Origin: a virus
DNA: 64,000 nucleotides
IMG/VR virus record: IMGVR_UViG_3300042691_034899
Span: 1-64,000 of that record
Direction: 5' to 3' (one strand)
Shown piece after piece: positions 1 to 9,679 of the stretch. A program made the translations under genes and the position numbers. The notes under the pieces are model-generated. The model did no database searches, had not been told where the DNA came from, and saw only the letters and a list, made by a program, of their open reading frames with translations. How positions within the stretch are numbered: the stretch's first letter is position 1; each line of letters starts with the position of its first letter.

Positions 1-406
1 CTCCTAAGTTTTCAAGTAGTGAAATAAAGTACACTGAATAAAAACCTCCAATTACTAGTCCTGGAAGAAGCGAATAAATGACATTTCCTTTTGCCATATA
101 CCAAGATATATGAAGGAGATATGAAGTAGCTATAAAGTAAAGAGGCATTCTCCATATTTTAAAGCTAACAAATCTTTTGTTTACTGCTGCTTTAATTATA
201 CCAGTAGTCCAATCTGCAAACATGAGTGACCATAGTGTCCAAACGGCCAATGGATCATCCCAAATATAGTTTGTTATAAAAGATGTTAAGCTTGCTGTTA
301 CTGCTACAAAAGCATTTATGGTCCAAGACTTTGTTCCTGCTAATGATTCTAAAAAATCTTGGGGGCTTGAAAATCCAATAAATCCTGTTGTTGCTGCTTC
401 TTTCAT
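1..406 (-). CDS. Putative holin (phage holin family 4-like), runs off window edge
   Basis: Hand-translated ORF from ATG at 406: MKEAATTGFIGF...LMFADWTTGIIKAA...YFISLLENLG. Several TM segments plus D-x-x-TG-x-x-KA and S-x-L-EN-LG motifs. Confidence 0.7.
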   Translation of the reverse strand, partial: MKEAATTGFIGFSSPQDFLESLAGTKSWTINAFVAVTASLTSFITNYIWDDPLAVWTLWSLMFADWTTGIIKAAVNKRFVSFKIWRMPLYFIATSYLLHISWYMAKGNVIYSLLPGLVIGGFYSVYFISLLENLG

Positions 407-484
407 TTTTTATTTGAAGTGTAGTTGTGTGTAAATTTCAGTAATTTATTTTTATTATCCTAAAAGATTGAAATATACAAGATT

Positions 485-1636
485 TTACGTATTGTAAGAT
501 GCTAATAGTGCTCCCATATCTGTAACTGAAATTATTGCTGTTCCCGTTGTGTTATCCACTGGTACTCCCACTGCCACTGATGATGCTGATGGAACTTTTA
601 ATGTTCCTGTTAATGCACCACTTGCGTAAGTTGTGCCATCTCTAACATCTGTTACTGCTGGGTTTCCAAGTGCTGTTCCAGCAGAGTATAGGGTTTTATT
701 GGTTGCAACTACATCTGTTTGAAAAGTTATTTGTGTAGGCAATGAATTACTAAGTCTTGTTCTTGTACATGAAATTGGATAACATTCATTGACACAAATT
801 ATTTGACCGCTAATAGTCAATAATCCAGTAGATGATATTGCTAGAACTCTTGCATTATTTGATTGAGTTATACCATTTACTGTTATAGTTGACCCAACGC
901 CTCCAGCTATTGCAACACCTGATGTAGATGCTGGAGCAGAACTAACAGTTCCTGTAACATTTAGTATTCCACCAGTTGCAACACCAAATCCTTGTGTACT
1001 TTCTGACCCCTTTATATTCCCAGTTATATTTACTGTTGATGTTATAGCGCCTCCATTATTACTTATATATCCCCATGAATCAGTTCTAACAAAAGTCATA
1101 TTTCCTACCCAATTTAAAGTTGCAGATACAGCAGTAATATTAATACCATTTTGAGTAGTAATAGCACTAACATGACCACCACTGCCGTTTAGATTGAATA
1201 TACCATTGGCAGTAATGGCAACTACAGTATTATTAATTGCCCAATTTGAATTTAACGTTAGCGTTCCTGTTCCTGATAATCTAACAACAGCATTTAAGGT
1301 GTTAGGGTTACCTCCAGAACCAGATATATTTGTTGAAGTAACTGTTGCTGAATTTGGAGAAGCTAATGTAAAATCTATAAGCGTTGTTGTGCCTGAGTTA
1401 TTTACAAGTCCTGTACCCGTTGCATTTACACTTACTCCATTTGTAAGTACAAAAATTCCTCCAGCAACAGCTGGCGCTCCAGCCGTATTTCTTAAACTTA
1501 ATACTGTAACATTTTGGTCTACTGTTACAGTAAAATTATTTGCATAAACATCATCTGCTGAAGTAGGTAATGTTCCTCCATTCCATGTAGCTGTACTGCT
1601 CCAGTTACCGTTTGCTACGGCATATCTTAGTGCCAT
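485..1636 (-). CDS. Gly/Thr/Asn-rich beta-helix-like virion protein (fibre/adhesin-like)
   Basis: 383 aa low-charge protein with GNWSSTATWNGG start and repeated ITGN/VTGT beta-turns, in the structural operon. Confidence 0.55.
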   Translation of the reverse strand: MALRYAVANGNWSSTATWNGGTLPTSADDVYANNFTVTVDQNVTVLSLRNTAGAPAVAGGIFVLTNGVSVNATGTGLVNNSGTTTLIDFTLASPNSATVTSTNISGSGGNPNTLNAVVRLSGTGTLTLNSNWAINNTVVAITANGIFNLNGSGGHVSAITTQNGINITAVSATLNWVGNMTFVRTDSWGYISNNGGAITSTVNITGNIKGSESTQGFGVATGGILNVTGTVSSAPASTSGVAIAGGVGSTITVNGITQSNNARVLAISSTGLLTISGQIICVNECYPISCTRTRLSNSLPTQITFQTDVVATNKTLYSAGTALGNPAVTDVRDGTTYASGALTGTLKVPSASSVAVGVPVDNTTGTAIISVTDMGALLASYNT

Positions 1637-1830
1637 TACTGATTGATTTCATTTGATGATTCAACAAATAACTTAGCCTCGTCAAAACACTCTTGAAGTG
1701 TAAGTCCTGTCTTTACATCTGATTTAATAGTAACTTGGTTGCCTTCATTGTCAACATACCATGACCTCATTACTAAGGCATTCATTCCGCCTCCCGTTGA
1801 GTTTTGAACTATTGAATATTGTGTCTCCAT
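1636..1830 (-). CDS. Hypothetical protein
   Basis: 64 aa ORF, stop/start coupled with neighbours. Confidence 0.55.
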   Translation of the reverse strand: METQYSIVQNSTGGGMNALVMRSWYVDNEGNQVTIKSDVKTGLTLQECFDEAKLFVESSNEINQ

Positions 1831-1832
1831 AA

Positions 1833-2120
1833 TTATACGTAAGTTAATGAATATCTATTTGTCCATGCACCTGTTGCTTGTAATGTTATTGGTGAGCCAG
1901 GAGTTGTAAAGTCAACTCTTTTTATTGTCCAAGTTCCTGAATCCAATGTGCCTACTGGTGCTGTTCCTGAGTATTGATAAGGATAAACATAATCACTTCT
2001 TCTTTCGTAGTTGGTTCCGCCTCCACCTCCTCCAGTAGTTTTAACCTTTCCATCTGAGCCGATAATAACTATGGAGGAGTTTCCATAGCTATTACCGTTA
2101 GTATCTATTTTAGATATCAT
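1833..2120 (-). CDS. Small putative virion protein
   Basis: 95 aa with poly-Gly linker and C-terminal W-x-I-K-R...W-x-N-R-x-S-L-T-Y module seen in phage structural proteins. Confidence 0.55.
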   Translation of the reverse strand: MISKIDTNGNSYGNSSIVIIGSDGKVKTTGGGGGGTNYERRSDYVYPYQYSGTAPVGTLDSGTWTIKRVDFTTPGSPITLQATGAWTNRYSLTYV

Positions 2121-2413
2121 ATCTCAGTTAGTTCAATTAAGAAAGTTGTATTTGGTGTAGTTGTTTCTACTACTAGTTTGTCTTTTTGGTTTATTGTATA
2201 TGGAGTATTATCAAATACTGTATCTCCTGGATCTAGATTTAGTTTTATTATAGATACTTCAGTGTTATCACTGGCATCATATTTTTTTAATTCTAGATCA
2301 TATGCGGCCAAGTTTGTAAACTTTATAAAGTTAACAACGTGGTTTTTCTTAATACTAGATTCAAATAATACATTTGATCCTACAGCTAATGTACCTTGCT
2401 TAGTATAATTCAT
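2117..2413 (-). CDS. Hypothetical (probable virion) protein
   Basis: 98 aa, 4-bp overlap with the next gene, beta-rich. Confidence 0.55.
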   Translation of the reverse strand: MNYTKQGTLAVGSNVLFESSIKKNHVVNFIKFTNLAAYDLELKKYDASDNTEVSIIKLNLDPGDTVFDNTPYTINQKDKLVVETTTPNTTFLIELTEI

Positions 2414-2434
2414 TTAGATAAAGTTTTTAAACAA

Positions 2435-4180
2435 TTAGGCTCCTCCTTCACAGCTTGTACAATCTCCATAAGTTATTCCTGAAGCTACTGGTACAAATGG
2501 TAATGGAGAAAAATTAGGAGGGTATCCATATCCTATAACTTCTAAACAACCATTGACTGAATCGTATACCTCTCCTATTCCAAGACTGCCTCCTTGTGCA
2601 ACAATTAAAGTGGTAGTAGCTGTTCCACAATATTGAACTTCATATACTTGACAAGTAATAAATAGAAGTTTTCCTCTACATTCTCGACAACTTAGAAATA
2701 TTCCAGGGCCTCTACCTTGACCTATAAAATCAAAAAATAAATAAGTAGCTACTCCTGTAGTGTCATAAGACATTACTTCCCAACAAACCCCCCAGTTATC
2801 TTTTAATATACTTCCTTCAGGGTATTGCATAAATTGAGCAGGTACGCTTACTACTTCTACTCTATCATTATCACAACAGTTTCTTACAGTTAAGAAATAC
2901 TCTTCAGGACAAGGATTATCTGTTGTACAATTCAAGCAATTATTTTCACTTCCTGTATATACACTATCTACTATTATATCATAGTTAGTTGGTAGTGTAA
3001 TTGCTTCTCCGATTACTTTCCAACAAATACCATTAGTATCTACAAATACATCATTTATATTTAATGGAATTGTTGTAGCAATTGTTTCAAATAACTGACC
3101 ACAACATGATTGAACTTTCCAAAAATCAGGACATGGATTTGCTGTAATACAATCGTCACAATTTCCAGTAATTAAAGTATCTACAGTAATAGATTCTTCA
3201 GATATTGGTGCACTTGATTCATCTACTACACTCCAGCATAATCCATTGTTATCCACAAAGGTATCTCCTACAACTAACCCAGGTAAAGATCCAGAAACAA
3301 ATTCAACACCTGCAATACAACAAGATGATATAGTAAGATTTAACGGACACTCATTTGCCGCTTGACATTCTACACAAGAATCATAAGTATCTACAAAGTT
3401 TCTAGTAAAGTTTGTTACATCATTTGATGCAGATATTACTTCCCAACAGTTACCTTCATCATCTACATGGAAACTACCTACTTGTAATCCAGGTATGTTA
3501 ACTAGTTCTGTAATGATAGGTTCACAACAGTTTTTAATAATAAAGTTAGATTCTGATGTTTTTACAGAACAAGGTCTTTCTATGTCTAATGTATAAGATA
3601 CTGTTACTAAGTTTGTTTCAAGTGGAGGAACCTCACATTCTCCTGGACAGGAAACATCTACAATAAATCCTACAAGAAGTCTTGTCTCATGTATGTCAAA
3701 GTTAGATCCTAAAGTAACACTTGTTTCAAAACATACTTGACCTTTTTCATCAACTAAGAATGATTCTACTGGTATAAATGTAAAAGCTGGAGTTAAACTA
3801 CTTTGATTATATGTACAATCAAAATGAAATACACCTATTTTAAATGTTATTATAAAACCTCCAGCTATATAATCATCTGCATTATTAAAAAATGCTGTAC
3901 CAGAAAATGTAATTATATCATCTGGAATTAAATTAATAGGAATTGGTACACCAGCTGTTTTATCTTGTATCTTAACTTCTGGAGCTAATGAAGAATTTAG
4001 ATAATCATAAGCAAATCTTGACCATGTAGCTTGCCCGTCTGGACCATTATTACCACCATAATAAAGAACAGGATCAGGTGTTCCTACATTTATAGATGGT
4101 GACATAAAAAATGAATGTGCCGCTATCTTAGTAAACTCTGGTTTACATTCATTAGGATTTATAAAAATTTGTGTGCTCAT
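2435..4180 (-). CDS. Cysteine-rich repeat protein, probable virion component
   Basis: 581 aa with five ~70-aa units CC...CW.V...CxxC...NPCP. Confidence 0.65.
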   Translation of the reverse strand: MSTQIFINPNECKPEFTKIAAHSFFMSPSINVGTPDPVLYYGGNNGPDGQATWSRFAYDYLNSSLAPEVKIQDKTAGVPIPINLIPDDIITFSGTAFFNNADDYIAGGFIITFKIGVFHFDCTYNQSSLTPAFTFIPVESFLVDEKGQVCFETSVTLGSNFDIHETRLLVGFIVDVSCPGECEVPPLETNLVTVSYTLDIERPCSVKTSESNFIIKNCCEPIITELVNIPGLQVGSFHVDDEGNCWEVISASNDVTNFTRNFVDTYDSCVECQAANECPLNLTISSCCIAGVEFVSGSLPGLVVGDTFVDNNGLCWSVVDESSAPISEESITVDTLITGNCDDCITANPCPDFWKVQSCCGQLFETIATTIPLNINDVFVDTNGICWKVIGEAITLPTNYDIIVDSVYTGSENNCLNCTTDNPCPEEYFLTVRNCCDNDRVEVVSVPAQFMQYPEGSILKDNWGVCWEVMSYDTTGVATYLFFDFIGQGRGPGIFLSCRECRGKLLFITCQVYEVQYCGTATTTLIVAQGGSLGIGEVYDSVNGCLEVIGYGYPPNFSPLPFVPVASGITYGDCTSCEGGA

Positions 4181-4190
4181 AATGTTTTAT

Positions 4191-5438
4191 TTATCTACTT
4201 ATTTCTTCCCAATCTATTGAAGCATATGCTCCTAATGTTCCTCCTGTAGCATCAATAGCCATTTCAATAACTATTTCAAAAGCTGTACCTGTAAAAATAT
4301 TTCTTTCTAATTGAGCTGCAAACAAAGCTTCTTTTAGTATGTCCATACTTGGAGAACCTTGATTAGATGAGTTTATATATCCTTGTGCTAATACTCTACC
4401 GCCTGTGGTTGATGTACCTGTAAGATTATATTCAACAGAAGAATCAGCTGCAGCAGGAGCCCAAGCTCCACCAGTTATTGCAGTTCCATTTAAAATTCTC
4501 CAGGCATAATTTTTACCATTACCTAATCCTAACAATGAAACAGCAGTAAGAATAACAACAGCATCTAATCTAGTAGATCTTAATCTAATACCTACAATAG
4601 GATAAAATGTTCCTGCTGCAGGAAATGTTACTGGAGTAAGTATTGGTGTACCAATAGCTTGTTGTGCTCCTCTTAACTCATATCCTCCTTCAGATATTAC
4701 AGTAGAACAAACTTGCTTTAATGTAGCTGCAGTTGCTGTTCCTTCATTAGTTATTTCACATCTTAATGGTAATGAAGCAGTAGTAATATAGGTAGATGCA
4801 ATTAAGTTAGCATGATTAAATCTATGACAAAGTATAAAGTTTCCATCTATTACAAATCCTAATCTTACAGTTCCTTCACCTAACCACTCAATATCCATAA
4901 ATAGAATCTGAGCTTTGGTTATATCTAAAGTTACCCCAGATGGCCCATTTCCGTCTAGTGTATCTACATTCCAAACAGCTTGAGGTACAATACTTTCAGT
5001 TATCGCACCTGTAACTGAACTTCTTTCTACAAAACTTAAAATATTATCTCTTAACTGAATGTAGATACCATTATCTGTTCCATAGTACCCAACTCTTTGT
5101 CTTAATCCTGTTTGAGCAGGAGCCATTACAAATGTATTAAACACTAGTAAAGACTTACCTGGTTGATAAGAGAATACTTTTGCAGTCTCTCTTACTATTT
5201 GAGATCCACCTGTACTAGTTACATTTAGATTTACTAATCCTTCATTTGAACTAAATACAGCTGTTGCACCACTTGTAGCAAGTGTATTCCATAAACCATT
5301 ATCTCTATATCTATGAGAAGAATCAAATAGAGTTAAAGGTTGTGATACTCTTAGTCTTCCAAAGGCATCAGCCAACATAGGAAGATTTGTAAGAATATTA
5401 GAATTAGAATTTCCTGATGTTGATATTACTGTGCTCAT
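4191..5438 (-). CDS. Putative virion structural protein (lectin/jelly-roll-like)
   Basis: 415 aa; DAFGRLRVS, YQPGKS and EWLGxG motifs of a widespread phage structural family. Confidence 0.6.
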   Translation of the reverse strand: MSTVISTSGNSNSNILTNLPMLADAFGRLRVSQPLTLFDSSHRYRDNGLWNTLATSGATAVFSSNEGLVNLNVTSTGGSQIVRETAKVFSYQPGKSLLVFNTFVMAPAQTGLRQRVGYYGTDNGIYIQLRDNILSFVERSSVTGAITESIVPQAVWNVDTLDGNGPSGVTLDITKAQILFMDIEWLGEGTVRLGFVIDGNFILCHRFNHANLIASTYITTASLPLRCEITNEGTATAATLKQVCSTVISEGGYELRGAQQAIGTPILTPVTFPAAGTFYPIVGIRLRSTRLDAVVILTAVSLLGLGNGKNYAWRILNGTAITGGAWAPAAADSSVEYNLTGTSTTGGRVLAQGYINSSNQGSPSMDILKEALFAAQLERNIFTGTAFEIVIEMAIDATGGTLGAYASIDWEEISR

Positions 5439-5803
5439 TATGCAGTTATCCAGCTAATTAGTAATTCTGTTCCTGCGCCGCTTGCGGTTATTGAATTTTC
5501 TGCAAAATAATTATTCATTGCACTTGCGTCATAATTAACTATTTCACCTGGTTTAATTGTTGTGCCTAACACAGTTCCGTTTCCAGTACCTACATTAGCT
5601 ACAGAAAAACTAAATGTGATTTCTGAATTAGTCCAAGCACCTGTTACTCTTTCAGCATTAGGTATTCTTGCTTGAGGAGATAGTAGAGTAGTAAATGTAG
5701 CTTCTAAATTTGTTACTGAATCTGTAATACAGCACAGTTTATTTTTTAATTCTTGAAGTCGAATTCTTATAACAGAATCTGTACCTCTTCCTGGTCCTGA
5801 CAT
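5438..5803 (-). CDS. Hypothetical virion-associated protein
   Basis: 121 aa, coupled to the downstream gene. Confidence 0.55.
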   Translation of the reverse strand: MSGPGRGTDSVIRIRLQELKNKLCCITDSVTNLEATFTTLLSPQARIPNAERVTGAWTNSEITFSFSVANVGTGNGTVLGTTIKPGEIVNYDASAMNNYFAENSITASGAGTELLISWITA

Positions 5804-5824
5804 AATTAAAATTGTTGTATTAAT

Positions 5825-5867
5825 AAAAAAGGTGGAAGGACAAGCTTATTTAGCAAGTCCCTCCACC
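5825..5867 (-). terminator. Intrinsic terminator
   Basis: GGTGGA-AGGAC...GTCC-CTCCACC stem with A6 on the left (U-tail on minus strand). Confidence 0.65.
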
Positions 5868-5883
5868 ATTTATTTAAGTTAAA

Positions 5884-7896
5884 TTACGCTCCGAATGCTT
5901 GAACTGATGGAACACCTGCGTTAGCCGCTAAGTTGTTCAACAAGTCCTCAATAGCTTGGTGTCTACCTACTTCAACAAAGATATCGTAGTTGATGTCCTC
6001 ATTGATTCGACCAGCGAAACTTTGAGTGTGGTTGAAGTGACTAACTTTCAAAGTATATTGGATGTATTGTTTAGACTCATCCTCCATGTTTGAAGTTTCA
6101 CCACGTAACAATCTACCAAGATAATCTTTTCTGTAGTTAAGTCCTCGGAAGTATGCACGACCTTCGTTCTCAAACGCTCTTAAGTTACCTGCTAGGTGAG
6201 TTCTAGGGATCCATCTAGATAAGTACTTAGGCTCGTAACGTCCTTTTGGAAGACGGCCAATACCTTCACGGATCTCTTCAGGGTATCCTGCAGCCACTCG
6301 AATTTGAGTAGAAGTTTCAGTGAAACCTACCAAGTCACGAAGTGCCTCATCTCCTTGAAGGATGAATTCTCTTGACTTGAATCGGATACCACACAAACAG
6401 TTTCCAGAAGGAAGAACAGATGGTGTAGTTACTAATTCCCACTTGAATGTATCAAAGCTTTCAGGAGCTGAAGTTACATAGTAATCTTTGAAGATTGGAT
6501 CACACTCGTCACAAACGATGTTAGAAATAACTGTAGTTATGTAACGTGTTTGACAAGCTTGACGATCTTCCTCATCAGTTTCAGGATTAATTGCGATTTC
6601 AACAACTGAGTCATAGTTAGCTTGTAATTCAGCTAATCTATCATCTCCACACTCATTGTCTGGAAGGACGATTGTGTAAATTTGCTCAATTACATTACAA
6701 GTACCACAAAGTGTCCAAGAAGTTTCAGAGATAGAATCGTTTTCACAAATAGCAGATACTTTAAATGGCTTGCTGAATGTTGCTGTTCCATTTACTGCTG
6801 GCGAATTTAAAAAAGTTGTTATTTCAGCATCAGTTAGTGGATCGTTAACTACAAATGTATAATATCCAACACCGTCACTTTGACCATCTGCTTTGATTAC
6901 TGTTCCTGCAACAAGTCCTGGAATTGTAATTGCTGTAAAGTTTCCAGATAAATCTGCGCCATCATCTTCTAATGTAACTGCGTACACATATCCTCCAGGA
7001 ACTCCAGTGTAACCTGCTGGACAATCTTCACAACCTTTAATCAAAGATGCAATAGTTTGTACAAAATCATCTGGTGCTCCAGCTGATTCTGGAAGTAAAA
7101 TTTGATAAGTAGATGTTGAACCTACTCGGTTTGTACGAGCAACTTTTGCATTGTATTGTGCAGCAACAAGTGCTAATGCCTCATCAGTTCCTGTATCACA
7201 TACATCTAAACAGTAGTAATCGTAAGCAATCTCATCAAGAGTTGCTGGAGTATCGCAGCTAAATACTGGAGTGATGTCGATCAATTGATCAACAGTTAGT
7301 CCACCAGAAAGTTGCTTTCTCTTCAAACGCTCAATAGCCTCTAATGTGATTGTTTTACAATCAACTGTTGAACACTCATCACAGTCTTCACAGTTGTTGA
7401 AAGGATCACATTCTGGAACTTCTACATTGATGTTAACTACTTCGCTATCTCCTGAACCTCCACGGAATGCTACTGCACCTCCTTTAAGTTCTAAAGATAA
7501 ACGGAAGTATGCATCACCTGTTAAAAAGTTGAATGCAGTATTAGCGTTAAAACCATCATAACCGATGATAACTTCGTCCAAAGACTGCTCAGTTCGGTCA
7601 GGTGCGCTAACTGTAAGTCCTACGATGTCATTCAAAGAGAATGGCATAGTTGACTCATCTTTATTTGTGTAAGAGCGGTTAGGTTCTCTATCAGAAACTC
7701 CAAGTCTAAGAACGAAATCTTTTGCGTCCTTAGCTTTTCCGTTTGCAGATGCGACAACTTTAGCTCCATTTACAGTGGTAACTGATTGGTCAATCAAGGC
7801 CAACTGGCCTTTTGCCAAGTCAAGGGAACCTCCTGTAGTTTTAACAGCACCGTTAATTACGAAAAACGGTCTGTCAAATGCTCTGTTTAATCCCAT
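5884..7896 (-). CDS. Conserved crAss-like structural protein (Cys-rich), third gene after MCP
   Basis: 670 aa in the conserved capsid-module position; codon style resembles MCP (highly expressed). Confidence 0.6.
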   Translation of the reverse strand: MGLNRAFDRPFFVINGAVKTTGGSLDLAKGQLALIDQSVTTVNGAKVVASANGKAKDAKDFVLRLGVSDREPNRSYTNKDESTMPFSLNDIVGLTVSAPDRTEQSLDEVIIGYDGFNANTAFNFLTGDAYFRLSLELKGGAVAFRGGSGDSEVVNINVEVPECDPFNNCEDCDECSTVDCKTITLEAIERLKRKQLSGGLTVDQLIDITPVFSCDTPATLDEIAYDYYCLDVCDTGTDEALALVAAQYNAKVARTNRVGSTSTYQILLPESAGAPDDFVQTIASLIKGCEDCPAGYTGVPGGYVYAVTLEDDGADLSGNFTAITIPGLVAGTVIKADGQSDGVGYYTFVVNDPLTDAEITTFLNSPAVNGTATFSKPFKVSAICENDSISETSWTLCGTCNVIEQIYTIVLPDNECGDDRLAELQANYDSVVEIAINPETDEEDRQACQTRYITTVISNIVCDECDPIFKDYYVTSAPESFDTFKWELVTTPSVLPSGNCLCGIRFKSREFILQGDEALRDLVGFTETSTQIRVAAGYPEEIREGIGRLPKGRYEPKYLSRWIPRTHLAGNLRAFENEGRAYFRGLNYRKDYLGRLLRGETSNMEDESKQYIQYTLKVSHFNHTQSFAGRINEDINYDIFVEVGRHQAIEDLLNNLAANAGVPSVQAFGA

Positions 7897-7928
7897 TGTT
7901 TTGTGTTTAAATTATTATTTATTGTTTA

Positions 7929-8597
7929 TTAGATTTCTGAAAATAATCGATTGCTATCAACTTGGTATCTTTGCGTATCTTCATTAATAGCTGCGAATTC
8001 TTTTGACATTGCGATTAAGATTTTGTTTACAACCTTATCATCAAATTCTGGATCTATACTTTGAGAAGGTGATCCATCCATGTGGATGTATCCAGATATG
8101 TCAACTTGTTTTGGGTATCTGTAGTAAGACAGATTTGCTTTATCAATGCTGAAGTCTTTTTTGTATACTGCTATCTTATTAGATGCTGTTGTGTAAAATG
8201 TCTCAGCCCATTCTACAGAAGGAGAGTTGAATTCATCATAGTACTTCTCCTCTAAATCTTCGTTTTTTATCTCCCAAGTTTTTAATTGAACTAATCCACA
8301 ATTTTTACTACTTGCAAATACAGTTAGATTGGATAGATCAAAATAATCTTTTGGGAGTTCGAAATCTTCGTGTCTTTGCTCTGTTGCTACTTTTACTAGG
8401 GCTTTATCTAGAACTAAAAGTGGTGCAACATATCTTATAACATCCTCGTTTCTTTTTTCTAATATCCAGCTTAGATATCTATTTGAGATGTCGTTAAATA
8501 GAAGTATAAATCTTGGTTTGTCTACGTTTATATTGTTATTAGTCAAGTTTCTGTTTACCTGATTAACAAACCTTAAATATGCTTCCTCAATCTTCAT
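7929..8597 (-). CDS. Conserved crAss-like head-tail/ring-type structural protein
   Basis: 222 aa, second gene after MCP; LPxDY and YYRYP motifs. Confidence 0.55.
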   Translation of the reverse strand: MKIEEAYLRFVNQVNRNLTNNNINVDKPRFILLFNDISNRYLSWILEKRNEDVIRYVAPLLVLDKALVKVATEQRHEDFELPKDYFDLSNLTVFASSKNCGLVQLKTWEIKNEDLEEKYYDEFNSPSVEWAETFYTTASNKIAVYKKDFSIDKANLSYYRYPKQVDISGYIHMDGSPSQSIDPEFDDKVVNKILIAMSKEFAAINEDTQRYQVDSNRLFSEI

Positions 8598-9555
8598 TCT
8601 CTAATAGAAGTGCCTTTTTGACATCTTTTAATTCTTCTGTTCTTGCGATATTAGTAGCGGCTGCTCTTAAGTCTGGACCTATTTCGTAATCTTCATAGTA
8701 GTAAACACCATTTGGATTTTTAGTCACTTTATTGTTTCTTGAGTATGCCTCTTTTAATCTTATATAAATAGCTATCTTTGATCTTCCAACATCGTCTGAT
8801 GTCTCTTCAATTAGTCTTAGGAAAGTGTCTACATTTTTTAAACCTTCACCTGAAGACAAGAACTGATCAAAAATACCTCTAAATGAATCGTCTTCAATTT
8901 CTGGTGATACAACTAAATTTCCGTAATTTAGCATCTCTATCAACCTTGGTCTATCTGTTCTTAGTAGGTTTTCAAAGATTCCAACTGCTTTAAATTTCTT
9001 AGCAGATTTCTCATCTTTTTTCTTAGTATCTTCTGTTATATCTAAACAAACATAAGCAGAGTTACTGTATCTTGAGTCTCCTTCTGACCCCTTTGGTGTT
9101 AACTGTCTTGTTAACAATGCGAAGTAAAGAGTTAAAACGTCTTCTGGATTTTCTGTATTAAACACTTGACCTGTATAAATACTGAAATTTAAGCCTTCCC
9201 AAAAACTATCGTCACCGTGACTAAGCGCATTAGGATCTCCTACTGATTGCTTATATGGATCGATAACGTTCTTTTCTAACCTCTTAAGTTTATCGTGAAC
9301 GATTTCTTTCGGAATTCCTGCATAACAAGGTGAATACTCATAGAATCCTGTATCCCAAACACCTGTTTTAGCAGATTTTTGAATATATCTACACTGGAAA
9401 GTTTCCTTAATCCCATCTGATGGAAGTTTAGTAACTCCAGCTTGGATAAATCCTGATGGTGCAGATAAATCTTCTTTATCTCTTACAACATATATTGAAT
9501 CTTTATATATGTTGAATCCGTCTACGTCAAAGAGCAAATTTCCTTTACTACTCAT
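8587..9555 (-). CDS. Conserved crAss-like capsid-module protein
   Basis: 322 aa immediately downstream of MCP. Confidence 0.55.
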   Translation of the reverse strand: MSSKGNLLFDVDGFNIYKDSIYVVRDKEDLSAPSGFIQAGVTKLPSDGIKETFQCRYIQKSAKTGVWDTGFYEYSPCYAGIPKEIVHDKLKRLEKNVIDPYKQSVGDPNALSHGDDSFWEGLNFSIYTGQVFNTENPEDVLTLYFALLTRQLTPKGSEGDSRYSNSAYVCLDITEDTKKKDEKSAKKFKAVGIFENLLRTDRPRLIEMLNYGNLVVSPEIEDDSFRGIFDQFLSSGEGLKNVDTFLRLIEETSDDVGRSKIAIYIRLKEAYSRNNKVTKNPNGVYYYEDYEIGPDLRAAATNIARTEELKDVKKALLLENED

Positions 9556-9632
9556 AAATTGGCTTTTTATTAGTTTGATACGAATTTAGTTAAAAATATC
9601 AGACCAACAAAAAAGATTAGATTTTATTTGAT

Positions 9633-9658
9633 AAAATGGGGGAGTCTTTCATCCCCCA
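9633..9658 (-). terminator. Intrinsic terminator after major capsid gene
   Basis: TGGGGGA-n8-TCCCCCA stem with adjacent A-run. Confidence 0.6.
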
Positions 9659-9679
9659 CTTACCAAATTTATCTATTTA

